Shown: positions 11,263-22,056 of the stretch, one piece after another | How the letters are laid out: every line of letters starts with the position of its first letter | Position numbering within the stretch: position 1 is the stretch's first letter | From: an uncultured Clostridiaceae bacterium | GTDB taxonomy: Bacteria; Bacillota; Clostridia; TANB77; CAG-508 | Direction of reading: 5' to 3' | DNA: 64,000 nt | NCBI GenBank assembly: GCA_947647275.1 | Contig: CANSJQ010000002.1 | Coordinates: 192,754 to 256,753 of the forward strand | The notes under the pieces: model-generated | What the model was told of the DNA's origin: nothing | What the model saw: the letters and a program-made list of their open reading frames with translations, nothing else | Database searches by the model: none | Program-made: the position numbers and the translations under genes

Positions 11263-12003
11263 ATGAAGAAAAAAAATAATAAAGGTATAACTTTAATATC
11301 TCTTATTATAACAATAGTAGTTTTAATTATCTTAGCAGGTGTAACAATATTTTTAAATTTAAATAATAATGGGTTATTTTCAAGAGCAAAACATGCAAGT
11401 GAAGAAACAAATAAACAAACAGCAACTGAAAAAATAAATTTAAAAATAACAACTGCTCAAATGAACAAATATGCAGATGATCAAACGATGCCAACTTTAA
11501 AAGAATTATCAGAAGTATTAAGAGACGATACTGAAATTCAATATGTAACAGAAAAAAGTCAAATTGCAAGCACAAAATATGAAGTAGGCGAAAATCCAAG
11601 TTCTATATTTACAAAATTGAATGAGTTTCCTTATGAATTTGAAATAAATGGCCAATTACAATTAGCAAGTATAGATGGAATAAAAATTGCTAATAATAAT
11701 CAAGTTGATTCAGAAAAATACTTAGGTTTTCCTGATTATACTAATAGAGAAGTTATAAACTCAAGTCAAGAATATACAGCTGAACAAAATATGTATATAA
11801 TTATAGATTCATCAACTGCTGGTAAAATTCATTCCTCTCTAACTATAACTATAGATGGAGTTACTTATAATTTTTATCAACAATATTCAGGTATTGATTA
11901 TCCTCACCCTACAAATTCAATTTTTCCAATAAAAAAGGGCTCAAAATTTATGGTATATTGTGGAACTTATTGTACAATATACAAAGTAAACATGATATAC
12001 TAA
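11263..12003 (+). CDS. Type IV pilin-like protein (class III signal peptide)
   Basis: KG|ITLISLIITIVVLIILAGV prepilin motif. Confidence 0.85.
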   Translation: MKKKNNKGITLISLIITIVVLIILAGVTIFLNLNNNGLFSRAKHASEETNKQTATEKINLKITTAQMNKYADDQTMPTLKELSEVLRDDTEIQYVTEKSQIASTKYEVGENPSSIFTKLNEFPYEFEINGQLQLASIDGIKIANNNQVDSEKYLGFPDYTNREVINSSQEYTAEQNMYIIIDSSTAGKIHSSLTITIDGVTYNFYQQYSGIDYPHPTNSIFPIKKGSKFMVYCGTYCTIYKVNMIY

Positions 12004-12054
12004 AAATCAAATAAAAAATTGATATTAAAATGAAAACATTTAATATCAATTTTT

Positions 12055-13074
12055 TTAATTTTTAAATTTAACTAACATCCATATTTGTAATAGACCTAAT
12101 ATTCCAAATAATGGATACAATATTTCTACTAATTTTGAGAAACCTATATTGGATACAACAATTCCTGTTATGCATATAATTAATAGAATTATTTCATAAC
12201 TTTTCTTTGTTTTACTTGCATTTTTTAAAAAGCTATATCCAGCTGAGATGGCTGAAGTAAATATTGAGGCTATTATTACAAATCCATATATATACTTAAA
12301 TATTTTTCCAAACTGCATTGTTATTTCTATTAGTGGCATTTCTAATTCAGAAATAAAAAATTCTCCCCTTAATAGAAGTGAGTATATAAATAAAGCCAAT
12401 ACTATAATTATACTACTACTTATTATCGATATTTTTATTATTTGTTTATTACTATTTAAATAATTTCTTAACCCAGTTAAAACTGGTATTAATAAAATAC
12501 TATTATAACTTGCATATAATATACTTCCTATTACCCAAGCACTTGTATTTTCTCCTAATGTTGAGATACTATTTGCATTAAAACTATAAGGAATATTTTT
12601 TATTCCTAAATATGTAATTAGAATTATTAATATTGGAACTAATATTTCATTTGCCTTTATTACACCTTGTATGCTTTTTTTAAATATAATATAACAAATA
12701 ATTACAAAAATAATGCTAGATATGTATATAGGTGTATTATAAGTTTGCATTATATATGCGCTAAATCCTGCTATCATTATATAAAAAGATATTAATAGAA
12801 AACTATTTACTATTAAATTTATATATCTATTTAATTTGCTATGTTTCCAATTTACTCTTTCTAATAGTTTATTATAATTATTTATTTCGTATGTTTTTGT
12901 TATTTTTAATGCTTTATAAATTATAACTCCTGTAATAATTCCAGTTAAAACTATTCCTATTTTACCATTTTCACCATATTTTCCAAAAAACAAATATATT
13001 TCTCTTCCAGAAGCAAAACCTGCACCTATTAAAGTTCCTATAATTACAAAAATAACTTTTAATGTATTTTTCAA
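12055..13074 (-). CDS. YkvI-like membrane transporter
   Basis: IGTLIGAGFASGREI motif; about 10 TM helices. Confidence 0.85.
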   Translation of the reverse strand: MKNTLKVIFVIIGTLIGAGFASGREIYLFFGKYGENGKIGIVLTGIITGVIIYKALKITKTYEINNYNKLLERVNWKHSKLNRYINLIVNSFLLISFYIMIAGFSAYIMQTYNTPIYISSIIFVIICYIIFKKSIQGVIKANEILVPILIILITYLGIKNIPYSFNANSISTLGENTSAWVIGSILYASYNSILLIPVLTGLRNYLNSNKQIIKISIISSSIIIVLALFIYSLLLRGEFFISELEMPLIEITMQFGKIFKYIYGFVIIASIFTSAISAGYSFLKNASKTKKSYEIILLIICITGIVVSNIGFSKLVEILYPLFGILGLLQIWMLVKFKN

Positions 13075-13098
13075 AATTTAATTCTCCTTTTTTGTTTT

Positions 13099-13147
13099 GG
13101 TAGTTTCTTCGAAGGTTGGGTCGCCGAAGGCGGCGACCCCTACAATC
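13099..13147 (+). repeat. REP-like GC-rich palindromic element, copy 1
   Basis: GGTAGTTTCTTCGAAGGTTGGGTCGCCGAAGGCGGCGACCCCTACAATC; close reverse-complement match at 16631-16679. Confidence 0.75.
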
Positions 13148-13210
13148 CTAATTCCAACTTTCACAAAAAACCTCTCATTTAAATGTATGAGAGGTTTTTT
13201 ATTTTTATTT

Positions 13211-14668
13211 CTATTTTTTTCTTCTTCTATGTTGCCATACTAGAATTCCTATTAATATTATAATAACTGGAACTCCAAATATTACCCATTGTATTATATT
13301 ATTTTGAGCTACTGTTGCTGTATATGTTACTGTGTTTGTATCTTTCCTTATAACTATATCTTCTTCTCTATCTACCAAGTACGCAATAGTATCTGTTACT
13401 AATTGACGATTACCTGGGTATGCTATAAATGGTGTTTGTGAAGTAGAATCTATTGTATAGTTTGATACAAAATAGTTTTCTCCATATATTACTAGTTTTG
13501 AAACTTTTTCTTTTTCTCCTGTTTCTGTATTTCCTTCTTTTATTTGTTTTTGTAATTCTGCTCCTATTATAAATGGTCCGCCTTCTTCACTATCTAACTT
13601 TCCATTATAGTTTGTGGCAAAGTTTGTTCTCATAAATGAAGTTTCACTTGCTTCTAATAATACATTTTTTGTTACTTTTAAATTTTCCAATTCTTCATTG
13701 CTTACAAAATTTATTTTACTTGAATTTATAAATACTGGTGAGGATATATTTTTAGTTATTGTGCTATATTTTACTTCTGGTAAAATTATACTTGCAGCTG
13801 TTGATGATCTTTTTAATGGATCTGTTTCACTTATATATCCTTTTGTAAATGGCTCTATTCCATATGTTGCTAGTATTTTATTAACATTTGGCATATTTTG
13901 CTCCTTTGTGCTTACAGAATTAAACCATAATATTTTCCCACCATTATTTATATATTCTAAAATTGCATTTGTTGTAATATCATCAAAGTCTGCATTTGGT
14001 GTATTTATTACTAATGTATCACAATCTTCTGGAATTTTACCTTGTGCTACTGTATTTAAAGTTTTAAACCCTGTTATTTCATTCGCCAAATATATTGCTA
14101 AATAGCTCATGTTCCCATTTATTGAAAATTCTGAGTATCCCTCTAAGAAATATACTGTTGGTATTTTTTCGGCTACTACATATAATATACTATTTGTTAA
14201 TTTTTCTTCTGTTATATCTATTTGTTCATATGTTGTAGGGTCTGTTGTATATAAATCTTCTACTAATAATATTTTACTTTTTTGACCATTTTCTACTATT
14301 ATGCAATTTGTGTTTTCTTCTATCCCATATTTTTGTACAATGTCTGGTCTTGAAGTTGATGTTACTATTTCTATATTTATTTTATTATTTACATTATGAT
14401 ACTGTTTTGCTAAATCCATAATTGAATCTTGCTCAGAATATTGTGCAAAATATATATTAACTTCTTCAGTTATATTTGCAATTCTTTCTTTAGTTGCATC
14501 TGTTAGTGTATATAACTTTTCCTTTGTAAAATCTATTGGGTTTAAATTTAATTTGTTAATCCATAAAGTTAAAGCAATAAATAAAGCTACTAAAATTATT
14601 ACAAATAATATAGTCGATGTTCTTTTTATAAGTACGCTTTTCTTTATTTTCTCTATTAATTTTTTCAT
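13211..14668 (-). CDS. GldG-like ABC transporter auxiliary protein
   Basis: IDFTKEKLYTLTDAT, VYFLEG, IPEDCDTLVI motifs; C-terminal TM. Confidence 0.85.
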   Translation of the reverse strand: MKKLIEKIKKSVLIKRTSTILFVIILVALFIALTLWINKLNLNPIDFTKEKLYTLTDATKERIANITEEVNIYFAQYSEQDSIMDLAKQYHNVNNKINIEIVTSTSRPDIVQKYGIEENTNCIIVENGQKSKILLVEDLYTTDPTTYEQIDITEEKLTNSILYVVAEKIPTVYFLEGYSEFSINGNMSYLAIYLANEITGFKTLNTVAQGKIPEDCDTLVINTPNADFDDITTNAILEYINNGGKILWFNSVSTKEQNMPNVNKILATYGIEPFTKGYISETDPLKRSSTAASIILPEVKYSTITKNISSPVFINSSKINFVSNEELENLKVTKNVLLEASETSFMRTNFATNYNGKLDSEEGGPFIIGAELQKQIKEGNTETGEKEKVSKLVIYGENYFVSNYTIDSTSQTPFIAYPGNRQLVTDTIAYLVDREEDIVIRKDTNTVTYTATVAQNNIIQWVIFGVPVIIILIGILVWQHRRRKK

Positions 14669-14680
14669 TTACAATTCCTC

Positions 14681-15370
14681 CTACTTTGCACTCTTTCTTC
14701 TTTGCATTACAGTTATAGTTAATATTAAGCAAAGAACTGTAAATGCTAAATATGTTACTGTATATGCTATATTTATTTGACCTGTTGTAAATTTAGAAAA
14801 CATATTTATTAATGAAAAGCTTGCTCCTGTTTGTAAAAATTCTGGCAATACCCATGTTGCTACAAAAGTTATTATTGTAATTAATGCAGCTATAATTTGA
14901 TTTTCAGTTATACTAGATGCTAATATTCCTATTGATATATATGCCATGCTTAATAGTATAAAACCAAATATTGTAACTAGTGCTGCTGTAATATCTAATG
15001 TTCCAAAACATCTTATTATTATTAAAAACATTGATGTACATGCAATCGCAATTAATGTTATTATTACTGCAGAAATAAATTTAGCAATAACTATTTTTGT
15101 TATGCTAATTGGTGATGTTAAAAGTAATTGCTCTGTTCCACTTTTTCTTTCTTCTGAAAAAGTTCTCATTGTAAGTAATGGTATTAGTATAGCAAATGAT
15201 AATATCGTTGGAAGATATGTAAATATATAATTAAATTGAACTCTTCCACCTGTATACATTAACTCTAAATAAAATGATATACTAAATGCTATTAAAAATA
15301 TCCCTATAAATACATAACCAATTGGAGATAAAAAGTATGTTTTAACTTCTTTTTTTATAATTGCCCACAT
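14681..15370 (-). CDS. ABC-2 (GldF-like) permease
   Basis: KKEVKTYFLSPIGY; LTMRTFSEERKSGTEQLLLTSP. Confidence 0.9.
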   Translation of the reverse strand: MWAIIKKEVKTYFLSPIGYVFIGIFLIAFSISFYLELMYTGGRVQFNYIFTYLPTILSFAILIPLLTMRTFSEERKSGTEQLLLTSPISITKIVIAKFISAVIITLIAIACTSMFLIIIRCFGTLDITAALVTIFGFILLSMAYISIGILASSITENQIIAALITIITFVATWVLPEFLQTGASFSLINMFSKFTTGQINIAYTVTYLAFTVLCLILTITVMQRRKSAK

Positions 15371-16488
15371 TATTCTTCTCCTCCTTTTTCTTGTTTTTCA
15401 CTCTTTGTTTGGTTTTCTGTGTTTTTATCTATATTTTCTTTACGTAAATTTTGATCTTGCTCTATGCTATTTTCTACTAATTTAGTTTCTTTATTCTCTT
15501 CTTCATCTTTGCTATTTCCCTGTTGTTCTACTTCCTTTTCCTCATTTCTTTCATTCTTATCCCCTATTAGTTTCATAAATGCATCTTCTAAACTTACTTC
15601 TGCTTTTTTTAATTCGAATATTGTTATATCTTCTTTTGGTAATACTTCGAACATTTTCTTTCTCAAGTCTATATTTTCTTCTGAAACCACTTTATATTGT
15701 TTTGTTCCATCTTCGTTATCTTTTACAAGTTCTAATTCTTGTATATCTTTTACTTTATCTTTTAAGCTTGACATTTTTTCTGCTTTGTCTTCTACAGTAA
15801 CGTATAGTATATTTTTATTTTTTGATTTTTCTTCTAAGTTCTCTGGTGTGTCTATTGCTACTATTTTACCATTATTTATTATAACAACTCTATCGCAAAT
15901 TTGACTTACTTCTGATAGAATGTGTGAACTTAATATTACAGTATGTTTTTTTCCTAATTCTTTTATAAGTGTTCTTATTTCTAATATTTGTTTTGGGTCT
16001 AACCCTACTGTTGGCTCATCTAATATTAGTACATCAGGGTTTCCAACCAAAGCCCCAGCCATACTAACTCTTTGTTTATATCCTCTTGATAAGTTTTTGA
16101 TAAGCTTATTTTGAACTTCTTCTAATCCTATTTGTTTAATTACTTCTTGTACTTGTTCTTTTCTTATTTTTCTATCAACTAATTTTAATTCTGACATATA
16201 TTTTATAAATTCTTTAGCAGTAAGTTCTTGGTAAGAAGGTACTCCTTCTGGCATATAACCTATTTGCTTTTTTGCTTTGCTTGGTTTTTTAGAAATGTTA
16301 TATCCATTAACTATTATTTCACCATCTGTCATTTCTATAAAACCTGTTATCATATTCATTGTTGTACTTTTACCTGCACCATTTGGACCTAATAACCCTA
16401 CAATTTCTCCATCTTTTACATCAAAGCTAATATTATCTACTGCTGTAAAATTTCCATACTTTTTAGTGACATTCTTAACTTCTATCAA
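15370..16488 (-). CDS. ABC transporter ATP-binding protein (GldA-like)
   Basis: GPNGAGKST, LSRGYKQR, ILDEPT; TTG start after GGAGG. Confidence 0.93.
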   Translation of the reverse strand: MIEVKNVTKKYGNFTAVDNISFDVKDGEIVGLLGPNGAGKSTTMNMITGFIEMTDGEIIVNGYNISKKPSKAKKQIGYMPEGVPSYQELTAKEFIKYMSELKLVDRKIRKEQVQEVIKQIGLEEVQNKLIKNLSRGYKQRVSMAGALVGNPDVLILDEPTVGLDPKQILEIRTLIKELGKKHTVILSSHILSEVSQICDRVVIINNGKIVAIDTPENLEEKSKNKNILYVTVEDKAEKMSSLKDKVKDIQELELVKDNEDGTKQYKVVSEENIDLRKKMFEVLPKEDITIFELKKAEVSLEDAFMKLIGDKNERNEEKEVEQQGNSKDEEENKETKLVENSIEQDQNLRKENIDKNTENQTKSEKQEKGGEE

Positions 16489-16630
16489 AGTAATTCCTCC
16501 TCTTATATAATTTAAAATATGCATTTCCGTAGGAACACATTAATTATTTGTTTATATTATCATTTAAAATATAATGTTGCAATAGTGTTCACATAGAATT
16601 TACAAATTTTAGGTTGGAAGTTAGAAGTTA

Positions 16631-16679
16631 GATTGTAGGAGTGGCTGTCTTCGGCGATCCGACCCTCGAAGAAACTACC
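16631..16679 (-). repeat. REP-like element, copy 2
   Basis: Reverse complement of 13099-13147 with a few substitutions. Confidence 0.75.
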
Positions 16680-16747
16680 CTAATTTTATTTAATATATAG
16701 AATAAAATATTTCCTAGCTTAATATATTTAACCAAAGGAGAATTATT

Positions 16748-17356
16748 ATGAGCTTTTTATACCCTATTTTAATTGCATTTTTATTAGTATTTATATCTGA
16801 ACTTGGAGATAAAACACAACTCTTAGTTTTATCTTTTTCTTCAAAAATAAAAGCTTCTACTATTCTTATAGGTGTAGCATTAGGTTCATTTTTTAGTCAT
16901 GGAGTTGCTATTTTATTTGGAAGTTCTATTGGACTTTTAAATAATAATTTTATACATGATTTATTAGAAATAATAACATTTATTTCTTTTATTGTTTTTG
17001 GTATTTTTTCTTTTCTTCCTCAAAAAGAAGAACGAGAAAATTCAAAAAAAGATAACTTTATAATGAAACTTTCTAAATTAGGTATAGGTTATATTTTAAT
17101 AATTGCTTTTTCTATTGCTGTTGGTGAACTTGGTGATAAAACATTTTTAGCATCTATTGGACTTGGTATAAGTTATCCAAATCAAAAACTATTTTTAATA
17201 GTTGGTGCAATACTTGGAATGGTTATTTCTGATCTTCTTGCTATAATTTTCGGTAAACTTTTAACTAAAAAAATACCAGAATCTTTAATGCAAAAGCTTT
17301 CTGGTTTATTATTTATTGTTTTTGGTGTTATTGGGTTTATTAATTTTATATTTTAA
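16748..17356 (+). CDS. TMEM165/GDT1 (UPF0016) family cation exporter
   Basis: Two ELGDKT motifs. Confidence 0.93.
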   Translation: MSFLYPILIAFLLVFISELGDKTQLLVLSFSSKIKASTILIGVALGSFFSHGVAILFGSSIGLLNNNFIHDLLEIITFISFIVFGIFSFLPQKEERENSKKDNFIMKLSKLGIGYILIIAFSIAVGELGDKTFLASIGLGISYPNQKLFLIVGAILGMVISDLLAIIFGKLLTKKIPESLMQKLSGLLFIVFGVIGFINFIF

Positions 17357-17533
17357 CTTCTATAAAGTATTAACTAAATGCATATACTACTTTTATTATA
17401 TTACATTCTTTATTTTTTCATTTAGTTGTTTTTAACTTAAAATACGTTATTCGCTGTGTTTTAACCTGAATCAAGTTAAATATCAATAACTTATTTTGAG
17501 TTACTTTATACTTATTAAAAGGAGTGAAATTTT

Positions 17534-17758
17534 ATGTACCACAGAATTAGAGATCTGCGAGAAGATCATGATTTAACTCAAACTCAAATAGGTAAAATAC
17601 TCAATATGTCTCAGACTGGTTACTCTCAATATGAGATAGGCAAGAATGATATTCCAACTAAAATATTGATAGAACTCTCGAAATATTACAATACATCTAT
17701 TGATTATTTATTAGGAGTTACAGATGAAATAAAACCTTATCCTAGGTCAAAAAAGTAA
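17534..17758 (+). CDS. XRE-family HTH regulator
   Basis: RIRDLRED.DLTQ...YSQYE.G...SIDYLLG. Confidence 0.9.
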   Translation: MYHRIRDLREDHDLTQTQIGKILNMSQTGYSQYEIGKNDIPTKILIELSKYYNTSIDYLLGVTDEIKPYPRSKK

Positions 17759-17859
17759 ATTAATTTTTTAATTAATTTAAAGAGAAGAATATAATAAATT
17801 TCTTCTCTTTTTCTTTTCACATATTTTTATTTATATCATATATTATTATAGGTGATTTT

Positions 17860-18045
17860 ATGGATTGTTTGAATAATTTAAATCCTTGTGAATTGGTTAC
17901 ACTTGCTAATATTATTTCTGTTTCACTTGCTCAAAATTTAAATTCTGATGAATTAATAGCTCTTTCTGGATTTTTTACTATACTTGGAGATAGTTTAGCT
18001 GTTCTTTCAGTTTCTCCTAATAACTGTGATAAAAAATCTTCTTGA
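17860..18045 (+). CDS. Small DUF6774-like protein
   Basis: CELVTLANIISVSLAQNL..DEL..LSGFFTILGDSL pattern; GGTG RBS. Confidence 0.65.
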   Translation: MDCLNNLNPCELVTLANIISVSLAQNLNSDELIALSGFFTILGDSLAVLSVSPNNCDKKSS

Positions 18046-18124
18046 TAACTTTGTTATTAATTATTATCTTTTAACTCATTTAATGACACAACCCTTAATA
18101 TATCGCCCAATGAATATAATATTA

Positions 18125-18730
18125 TTATAGTTCTCTTCTTCCCTCTAATGCCTTACTTAAAGTTACTTCATCTGTATATTCTAAGTCTCCTCCTACTGGT
18201 ATTCCGTGGGCTATTCTGCTAGCTTTTATTCCTAGTGGTTTTATTAGTTTTGAAATATACATTGCTGTAGCTTCTCCTTCTACACGTGGGTTTGTTGCAA
18301 GTATTACTTCTTTTACTTTTCCATCCATTAGCCTTGAAAGTAGCTCTTTTATTTTTATTTCATCTGGACCTATTCCATTCATTGGAGATATTGATCCATG
18401 TAATACATGGTACATTCCTTTAAATTCATGTGTTCTTTCCATTGCCACTACATCTTTTACATCTTCTACTACACATATTATGCTTTCATCCCTTTTTGGG
18501 TTTGAGCAGATAATGCATGGATCTGTATCTGATATATTGTAGCATTTTGAACAATATTTCAAGTTCTTTTTAGCATTTATTATTGAATATACAAATTCAT
18601 TTACTTCTTCTTCTGACCTATCAAGCATATAAAATGCAAGTCTTGCAGCTGTCTTGTTTCCTATGCTTGGTAATTTTTCAAATGCTTCTATTAGTTTTTC
18701 TATTGATGGTGAATAATATGACATTTTCAT
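18125..18730 (-). CDS. recR: Recombination protein RecR
   Basis: [15 protein letters not shown]4 zinc finger, Toprim domain; dnaX-ybaB-recR synteny. Confidence 0.97.
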   Translation of the reverse strand: MKMSYYSPSIEKLIEAFEKLPSIGNKTAARLAFYMLDRSEEEVNEFVYSIINAKKNLKYCSKCYNISDTDPCIICSNPKRDESIICVVEDVKDVVAMERTHEFKGMYHVLHGSISPMNGIGPDEIKIKELLSRLMDGKVKEVILATNPRVEGEATAMYISKLIKPLGIKASRIAHGIPVGGDLEYTDEVTLSKALEGRREL

Positions 18731-18733
18731 CAC

Positions 18734-19078
18734 CTACATTATTCCAGGAATATTATATTTTCCTAAACTTTGAGCTTGAGCTGAGTCTACTTTTCTTAAA
18801 GCTTCGTTCACACATGTTAGTATTAAATCTTCTAGCATTTCTACATCATCTGGGTCAACTACATCTTTCTTTATTTTTATTTGTTTTATTTCTTTTGCTC
18901 CAGATACTTTTACTTCTATTGCTCCTCCACCTGCTGTCGCCTCAAATTCTTTTGAAACTAATTCTTCTTGGCTCTTTTCCATATCTGCTTGCATTTTTTT
19001 TGCTTCTTTCATTAATTGGCCTAAGTTCATTCCGCCAAATCCTCCCATTCCTCCTGGGAATCCACCTTTTCTTGACAT
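18734..19078 (-). CDS. ybaB: YbaB/EbfC nucleoid-associated protein
   Basis: ATAGGGAIEV...DPDDVEMLEDLI; synteny. Confidence 0.95.
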   Translation of the reverse strand: MSRKGGFPGGMGGFGGMNLGQLMKEAKKMQADMEKSQEELVSKEFEATAGGGAIEVKVSGAKEIKQIKIKKDVVDPDDVEMLEDLILTCVNEALRKVDSAQAQSLGKYNIPGIM

Positions 19079-19208
19079 ATCATTTCATCCTTTCTTATTA
19101 GTAATTGGAAGTTGGAATACTGAGTAATTTCTTCGAAGTAATTACTTTAAATTCAACTTCTTTTTACATTACTTTTAATTAACACAATATATAATTTAGT
19201 AAAGTTTA

Positions 19209-20855
19209 TTACTCCACTAAATTGAATGGTATTCCATTATCTTCTGCAAAACTTTCTATTGGATTTTGCTTAGCTACTTGTGCTTTATCATTAGCTTTTG
19301 CATCTATATATTTTATTTTCATTGGTTTACCACATTCTATAGAAATACGTCTTTCTATTTCCGATATATTTTCACTTTTTTCTAGTACTGTTTTTCCAAA
19401 TGGTGTTAAACCTTTTGGAAATTCTATTGCTATTACTAAATCATTTTCCTTCCTAGCTATTGAATTCATTAAATTTGTGTATAACATTATCTTTCCGGCA
19501 TCTTTTAATTCGTTAACTATTTTTGGCCATGTTTCTAATTTTTCTCCTACATTAACATTTTGCACTGGTCTTGCTTGCATTTGTGGTTTTACTTCTTCTT
19601 TTTTTGTTTCTATTTTTTGTGGTTTTTGACTTAAATTTCCCACATAATTTGAAGATGTGTTTATATTTGTACTTCCTAACCCTGCAATTTTCATTTCTAA
19701 ACTAGCAATTTTATTTTGCAGGCTTCTTAATTCATTATTGTCAAAATTAATATTAGTTTGTTTTTCTATTTCTCCACTACATAATTTTATTATTCCTACT
19801 TGAAATAATATTAATCTTTGTGAAGAATATTTTATTTCATTTTCTAAATTAGATAATGTATATATCATTTTGAGTAACTCTTCTTTTGAAAATTTGTTAG
19901 AAAGTTCTTCAATATTTTTTAGTTCTAATTCTGAATACAAATTCAATTTTTTACTTGATTTATATACTAATATATCTTTAATATATTTTATTATTTCCCA
20001 CAAAAAATTTTGTATATCTTTTCCATCATTTGTTACTTCTTCTATTGTATTTAATGCTTCATTAACATCTTTATTTGCTATACTATTCACTATTTTATTT
20101 ATATAAGTAATTTTAGGAATTCCAACTAAGTCTTTTACTTTATCTTCATCTATTTTAGTTTCACCATCTTGCAAACATCTTTCTAAAATTGATAAAGCAT
20201 CTCTCATACCACCTTCTGCAAGTATTGATATAGTTTTCAAAGCTCCTTCTGAAATTTCTATTTTCATTTCTTCACAAACAATTTTTAATCTTTTTATAAT
20301 GTCTTCATTTGATATTTGTTTAAAGTCAAATCTTTGACATCTTGAAAGTATTGTTGCTGGTAGTTTTTGTGGCTCTGTTGTAGCTAGTATAAATTTAACA
20401 TGCTCTGGTGGCTCTTCAAGTGTTTTTAATAGTGCATTAAATGCTCCTGTTGATAACATATGCACCTCATCTATTATATATATTCTATATTTTGCTTTTG
20501 TTGGTAAGAAATTTACTTCTTCTCTTATTTGTCTAATATCTTCTACACTGTTATTTGAAGCTGCATCCATTTCTACTATGTCTGTAAGGCTTCCACTTAT
20601 TGCTGACTTACATATTTCACATTCATTACATGGTTCTCCATTTTTAGTGTTTAAACAGTTTATTGCTCTTGCTAAAATTTTTGCTGAAGATGTTTTTCCT
20701 GTTCCACGACCACCATTAAAAAGATACGCATGCCCTACTCTTCCTGCTATAATTTGGTTTTTAAGAGTTCTTGTAATATGTTCTTGACCTACCATTTCTT
20801 CAAAATTAGTTGGCCTAAACCTTCTGTATAGTGCTGTGTAGTTCAATATTTTCAC
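19209..20855 (-). CDS. dnaX: DNA polymerase III gamma/tau subunit
   Basis: ALYRRFRP..F.EMVGQ, GRGTGKT, IIDEVHMLS, SRCQRF. Confidence 0.97.
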   Translation of the reverse strand: MKILNYTALYRRFRPTNFEEMVGQEHITRTLKNQIIAGRVGHAYLFNGGRGTGKTSSAKILARAINCLNTKNGEPCNECEICKSAISGSLTDIVEMDAASNNSVEDIRQIREEVNFLPTKAKYRIYIIDEVHMLSTGAFNALLKTLEEPPEHVKFILATTEPQKLPATILSRCQRFDFKQISNEDIIKRLKIVCEEMKIEISEGALKTISILAEGGMRDALSILERCLQDGETKIDEDKVKDLVGIPKITYINKIVNSIANKDVNEALNTIEEVTNDGKDIQNFLWEIIKYIKDILVYKSSKKLNLYSELELKNIEELSNKFSKEELLKMIYTLSNLENEIKYSSQRLILFQVGIIKLCSGEIEKQTNINFDNNELRSLQNKIASLEMKIAGLGSTNINTSSNYVGNLSQKPQKIETKKEEVKPQMQARPVQNVNVGEKLETWPKIVNELKDAGKIMLYTNLMNSIARKENDLVIAIEFPKGLTPFGKTVLEKSENISEIERRISIECGKPMKIKYIDAKANDKAQVAKQNPIESFAEDNGIPFNLVE

Positions 20856-20900
20856 CCCTATCTGCTTTAAACAATTATTACTTAATTACACTTTCAAAAA

Positions 20901-21036
20901 AGGTATAAGTACTTCGTTCCTCTATGGAAAACATTCACATATAAGTGACTACTTATTGCTGCTTCCTTCCGGACCTGACAAGATTCATAGGCTTACATTG
21001 AATGTCCTCCATACAGAAACCAAATTTCTTATACCT
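20901..21036 (-). ncRNA. ffs: Signal recognition particle RNA (short form)
   Basis: Conserved TCAGGTCCGGAAGGAAGCAGC helix-8 motif in a long hairpin upstream of dnaX. Confidence 0.93.
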
Positions 21037-21041
21037 TTTTT

Positions 21042-21070
21042 ATTATATATACTTTTTTTAGTTTTATCAA
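21042..21070 (-). promoter_or_regulatory. Sigma-A promoter for ffs-dnaX
   Basis: TTGATA-17 bp-TATAAT. Confidence 0.75.
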
Positions 21071-21091
21071 GTATTTTAGAAAAATAATTTC

Positions 21092-21274
21092 AAGCAATTG
21101 TCTTAAAGTTGAAGTGCATAACCTTTAATTCTACACTAGTGTAAAGTAAATAATATATTTTATTTTTGTAATCAAGTATTAGGCAACTCATCTTAGGTAA
21201 TTGAAGACCCTTTGTCTTGGAGGGCCAAATATAAAATTTATTATTTACTAAGAGCAGATTTTAATTGTAAGCTT
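21092..21274 (+). ncRNA. Candidate structured RNA, paralog of 39658-39828
   Basis: Long stem AGTAAATAA.../...TTATTTACT with inner hairpins; shares sequence blocks with the second locus. Confidence 0.4.
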
Positions 21275-21287
21275 CCTAATTTAAAAA

Positions 21288-22031
21288 TTATTCTTTCATT
21301 CTTTTGAATATATATTTACTAGTATCTGTTATTTCTAAACTTGCTTTACCTTCTGTTGTAATTTCTGAAATAGGTAAATTAAGAGTCATATTGCTTTTAT
21401 ATTTTTTACCTTCTGTATCTATTATTATATCAAAATTAACTGAAAATTTTATATCTTCATCTGTTATATTCATAGTTTTTAACATTGTACCATCAATTAC
21501 TAAATCTTCCGCTGTTAAAGTATATTTTCCAAGTTCTGTATTTCCAAAGGCAATTGCAACTATTCCTCCTTGATTATTTATTTCAAGTGTAGTTGTATCA
21601 CTTTTTGATGCTCCCTTATATGTTAATCTATTTCCTTCTAATATAAAGTCATTTGAGTATGTAAATTTTTTATTTTCAGTTGTATTTGGCATAAATGTTT
21701 TTATATATCCTTTTTGTGGTGTTTTAGTTATATTTATATTGTCTATGGTAACACTATCTATTACTGCATCTTTTCTATATTTTTCGTTCTTTTTTATTTC
21801 AAAATATATTCCATTATTTTGTACTATTTCGTTCTCTATACCACCATTTTGTATTGGATTATCTGAACTCACTACCATGCTTCCTATTACTATTTTTGAA
21901 AGTTTGAATGGCATGTTTGTTTCACCTTCTATACTATATTTGTATGTAATTATTATGGATATAAATATTATTATTACTAATATTATAAAGGCAATTGCTG
22001 TTTTTATTTTTTCTTTTATTTGAGTTTGCAT
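21288..22031 (-). CDS. Membrane-anchored hypothetical protein
   Basis: 247 aa, single N-terminal TM, AGGAG RBS. Confidence 0.75.
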   Translation of the reverse strand: MQTQIKEKIKTAIAFIILVIIIFISIIITYKYSIEGETNMPFKLSKIVIGSMVVSSDNPIQNGGIENEIVQNNGIYFEIKKNEKYRKDAVIDSVTIDNINITKTPQKGYIKTFMPNTTENKKFTYSNDFILEGNRLTYKGASKSDTTTLEINNQGGIVAIAFGNTELGKYTLTAEDLVIDGTMLKTMNITDEDIKFSVNFDIIIDTEGKKYKSNMTLNLPISEITTEGKASLEITDTSKYIFKRMKE

Positions 22032-22056
22032 TTAAATTTCTCCTTTGTTTTCTTTT

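Noticed and set aside
16560..16745. yybP-ykoY manganese riboswitch expected before the TMEM165/GDT1 gene
   Set aside because: The GC-rich segment is the REP-like repeat; no riboswitch consensus is visible.
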